Positions 62,176 to 64,000 of a DNA stretch of 64,000 bases are shown in pieces (positions within the stretch are counted from its first letter, which is position 1; each line of letters begins with the position of its first letter). Source of the DNA: an uncultured Pelagibacteraceae bacterium (GTDB taxonomy: Bacteria > Pseudomonadota > Alphaproteobacteria > Pelagibacterales > Pelagibacteraceae). Both the position numbers and the translations under genes were made by a program. Where the stretch lies: NCBI GenBank assembly GCA_902574045.1, contig CACGMG010000001.1, positions 1,919 through 65,918 of the forward strand, in the 5' to 3' direction. The notes under the pieces were generated by a model. The model had not been told where the DNA came from and did not search any database. It saw only the letters and a list, made by a program, of their open reading frames with translations.

Positions 62176-62452
62176 CTATACTAAAAAAGATATATCAAAA
62201 GATTTAAGTTTAAAAATTGGTTTGTCTACAGCATATGTATCTTCGATCACAAATGATTTAATTAATATACTGAAAGAAATAATTAAAAATGAAAAAACCA
62301 ATATTAAGAACTTTGGAACATTTAAAGTAGTAAACAAAAAGGCAAGATTAGGAAGAAATCCAGTAAGCAAAACTCCACACGAAATCTCAGCAAGAAAAAC
62401 GTTGAGTTTTAGTGCTTCTGAGAAAATAAATAAAAGTCTTAATAATTTATAA
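62153..62452 (+). CDS. ihfA: integration host factor alpha / HU-family DNA-binding protein
   Basis: NFGTF, ARLGRNP; conserved plsX..ihfA-merR context. Confidence 0.8.
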   Translation: MLEKKRINYTKKDISKDLSLKIGLSTAYVSSITNDLINILKEIIKNEKTNIKNFGTFKVVNKKARLGRNPVSKTPHEISARKTLSFSASEKINKSLNNL

Positions 62453-62832
62453 TGAAGAAGCTTTATACAATTTCAGATGTTTCAAAAGTACTTGATCTTT
62501 TAGACAAAAAAAACAAAAAACCCTTAAACCATACTATTAGGTATTGGGAAAAAGAGTTTAAGAAAATAAAACCTCTAAATATAAATAAAAGAAGATATTA
62601 TACAGAAAAACAAATAGAGATTATCCGTTTAATAAAATACCTGCTAAAAGATAAAGGTATGACAATAAAAGGGGTTAAAAATGTACTTAAAAAAAATATA
62701 AATACTCTTGACGATTATGATTTGAATAGTTTAAAAGCTGATTATCAAAAAAAGAATATTGAGTTAAAAAGTAAAAAAGTTTTAAAAAGAATTAATATTT
62801 TAAAAAACTATGGCAAAAAAATCACACATTAA
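62452..62832 (+). CDS. MerR-family HTH regulator (ihfA-associated)
   Basis: YTISDVS, HTIRYWEKEF, RRYY, GMTIKGV. Confidence 0.9.
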   Translation: MKKLYTISDVSKVLDLLDKKNKKPLNHTIRYWEKEFKKIKPLNINKRRYYTEKQIEIIRLIKYLLKDKGMTIKGVKNVLKKNINTLDDYDLNSLKADYQKKNIELKSKKVLKRINILKNYGKKITH

Positions 62833-63001
62833 AGTTAGAATGGTTCCTGAAAGTAATCCGGATAGTAAGTTCATTTATTATGCAAAAAAGCCAACAAAAG
62901 GTGAAAAAGCAAAAGATAAACTTAAGCTAAAAAAATACAATCCCAATACTAGAAAACACGAATTATTTATAGAAAAAAAATTACCACCTCACAGTAAATA
63001 A
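62810..63001 (+). CDS. rpmG: 50S ribosomal protein L33 (zinc-free)
   Basis: MAKK..IKVRM, KLKLKKYNPNTRKHELFIEKK. Confidence 0.9.
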   Translation: MAKKSHIKVRMVPESNPDSKFIYYAKKPTKGEKAKDKLKLKKYNPNTRKHELFIEKKLPPHSK

Positions 63002-63283
63002 TTATTTCTTTTTAAAAGATCTGTATTCGTAGTCAATGTAAGCATTGATCATACTAGACCAAATTTTCTTAGTTATTTTTTGATCTATATTTTTATCTTT
63101 TGACTTCTTCCTAATATTTTTGAGAATTATAGAAATTCTTCTTCTATCGATTATGTCCTTTTTATACTTTTTATTTTTTAGGACTTGTTCTACGAGCTTA
63201 GTCCTTTTCTTAATTAAAACTAGAAAGGCATTGTCTAGTTTATCTAGTTTTTTTCTGATTTCTAATATATTTTTGTTAATCAT
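63002..63283 (-). CDS. chorismate mutase type II (AroQ, monofunctional)
   Basis: IRKKLDKLD..LIKKR..K..IIDRRR pattern; 93 aa. Confidence 0.82.
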   Translation of the reverse strand: MINKNILEIRKKLDKLDNAFLVLIKKRTKLVEQVLKNKKYKKDIIDRRRISIILKNIRKKSKDKNIDQKITKKIWSSMINAYIDYEYRSFKKK

Positions 63284-63334
63284 AGCGACATTAAGATATT
63301 ATCGTTTTATTATAAGAAATATATATTAAATCTC

Positions 63335-64000
63335 ATGGAATCAAATACTCAAAGAGTGAATATGCTATTTTATTATTGGCTAGTAGCAACCTTTCTTATG
63401 GTTGGAGTACTAATAATTGTTGGAGGATTAACAAGGCTAACAAATTCAGGACTTTCTATAACAGAATGGGAGTTATTTTCAGGAATTTTACCTCCATTAA
63501 ATAATGCAACATGGATAAACTATTTTAATTTATACAAAGAAATTCCTCAATATAAATTAATAAATATGAATATGTCCCTAGATGACTTTAAAATTATTTT
63601 TTATTGGGAATATGCTCATAGATTTCTAGCAAGATTGTTAGGAATCTTTTTTATATTACCGCTAATATATTTTTCTTTTATAAATAAGATTAAAAATGAA
63701 TATTTAAAAATCTGTTTTTTAATCTTTATCTTAATTCTGTTTCAAGGTTTCTTAGGTTGGTATATGGTTAAAAGTGGATTAGTAGATAATGTTACTGTTA
63801 GTCATTATAGATTATCAATTCATTTAGCAGTTGCTTTTATAATCATTTCAATGATTTTTTGGAACATTCTAAATTTTAAAGAAAAAACTTCAAAAAAATT
63901 TTTTAAAAACAACAAAAAATCAATTTTTTTTTATATTTTAATTTTTCTTGTTTTTTCACAAATTATATTTGGCGCTTTCGTATCTGGCTTAGATGCAGGA
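63335..64000 (+). CDS. ctaA: heme A synthase COX15/CtaA (3' truncated; not in ORF track)
   Basis: VGGLTRLTNSGLSITEW, FYWEYAHR, QGFLGWYMVKSGL, VSHYRLSIHL, GAFVSGLDAG. Confidence 0.95.
   Translation, partial: MESNTQRVNMLFYYWLVATFLMVGVLIIVGGLTRLTNSGLSITEWELFSGILPPLNNATWINYFNLYKEIPQYKLINMNMSLDDFKIIFYWEYAHRFLARLLGIFFILPLIYFSFINKIKNEYLKICFLIFILILFQGFLGWYMVKSGLVDNVTVSHYRLSIHLAVAFIIISMIFWNILNFKEKTSKKFFKNNKKSIFFYILIFLVFSQIIFGAFVSGLDAG

Overview
Very AT-rich, extremely gene-dense bacterial DNA with almost no intergenic space. Gene content, gene order and protein sequences indicate an alphaproteobacterial core chromosome, most likely SAR11/Pelagibacterales (inference from thiV with a TPP riboswitch, no tuf in the str operon, no rpmD, Lys-rich proteins). 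From left to right it holds: the 3' end of rpoC; the str/S10/spc/alpha ribosomal superoperon (rpsL to rplQ); RluA-family synthase, lipB, mgtE, panC, galU-ugd; RidA, topA, plsY, pyrC', pyrB, yqgF; gatCAB with an O-methyltransferase, trhO and a MATE transporter; an orphan amino-acid binding protein and permease; LexA-boxed umuDC followed directly by an atypical TPP riboswitch and thiV; rarD; tRNA-Ser(GCT); slt; dapA-smpB-folK-rel-pyrE-pdxJ-acpS-lepB-rnc-recO; hemB; a 2OG-Fe(II) hydroxylase heading rpiB-glyA-nrdR-rib-nusB; hppA; bamE and cbp3; rpmF-plsX-ihfA-merR-rpmG; chorismate mutase; and the 5' part of ctaA. I saw no mobile elements, CRISPR arrays, rRNA or long repeats. This is mostly housekeeping DNA. 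The best candidates for new biology are: (1) a TrmR-like O-methyltransferase translationally coupled to TrhO, a possible two-gene tRNA mo5U34 pathway; (2) a TPP riboswitch whose pyrophosphate-sensing arm is remodelled, placed in front of an HMP transporter and directly behind an SOS operon; (3) an uncharacterised beta-hydroxylase-type oxygenase leading the glyA operon; (4) an ABC permease with a lipoprotein-like signal next to an orphan PheC-like binding protein. All gene calls come from motif recognition by eye; no database searches were run.
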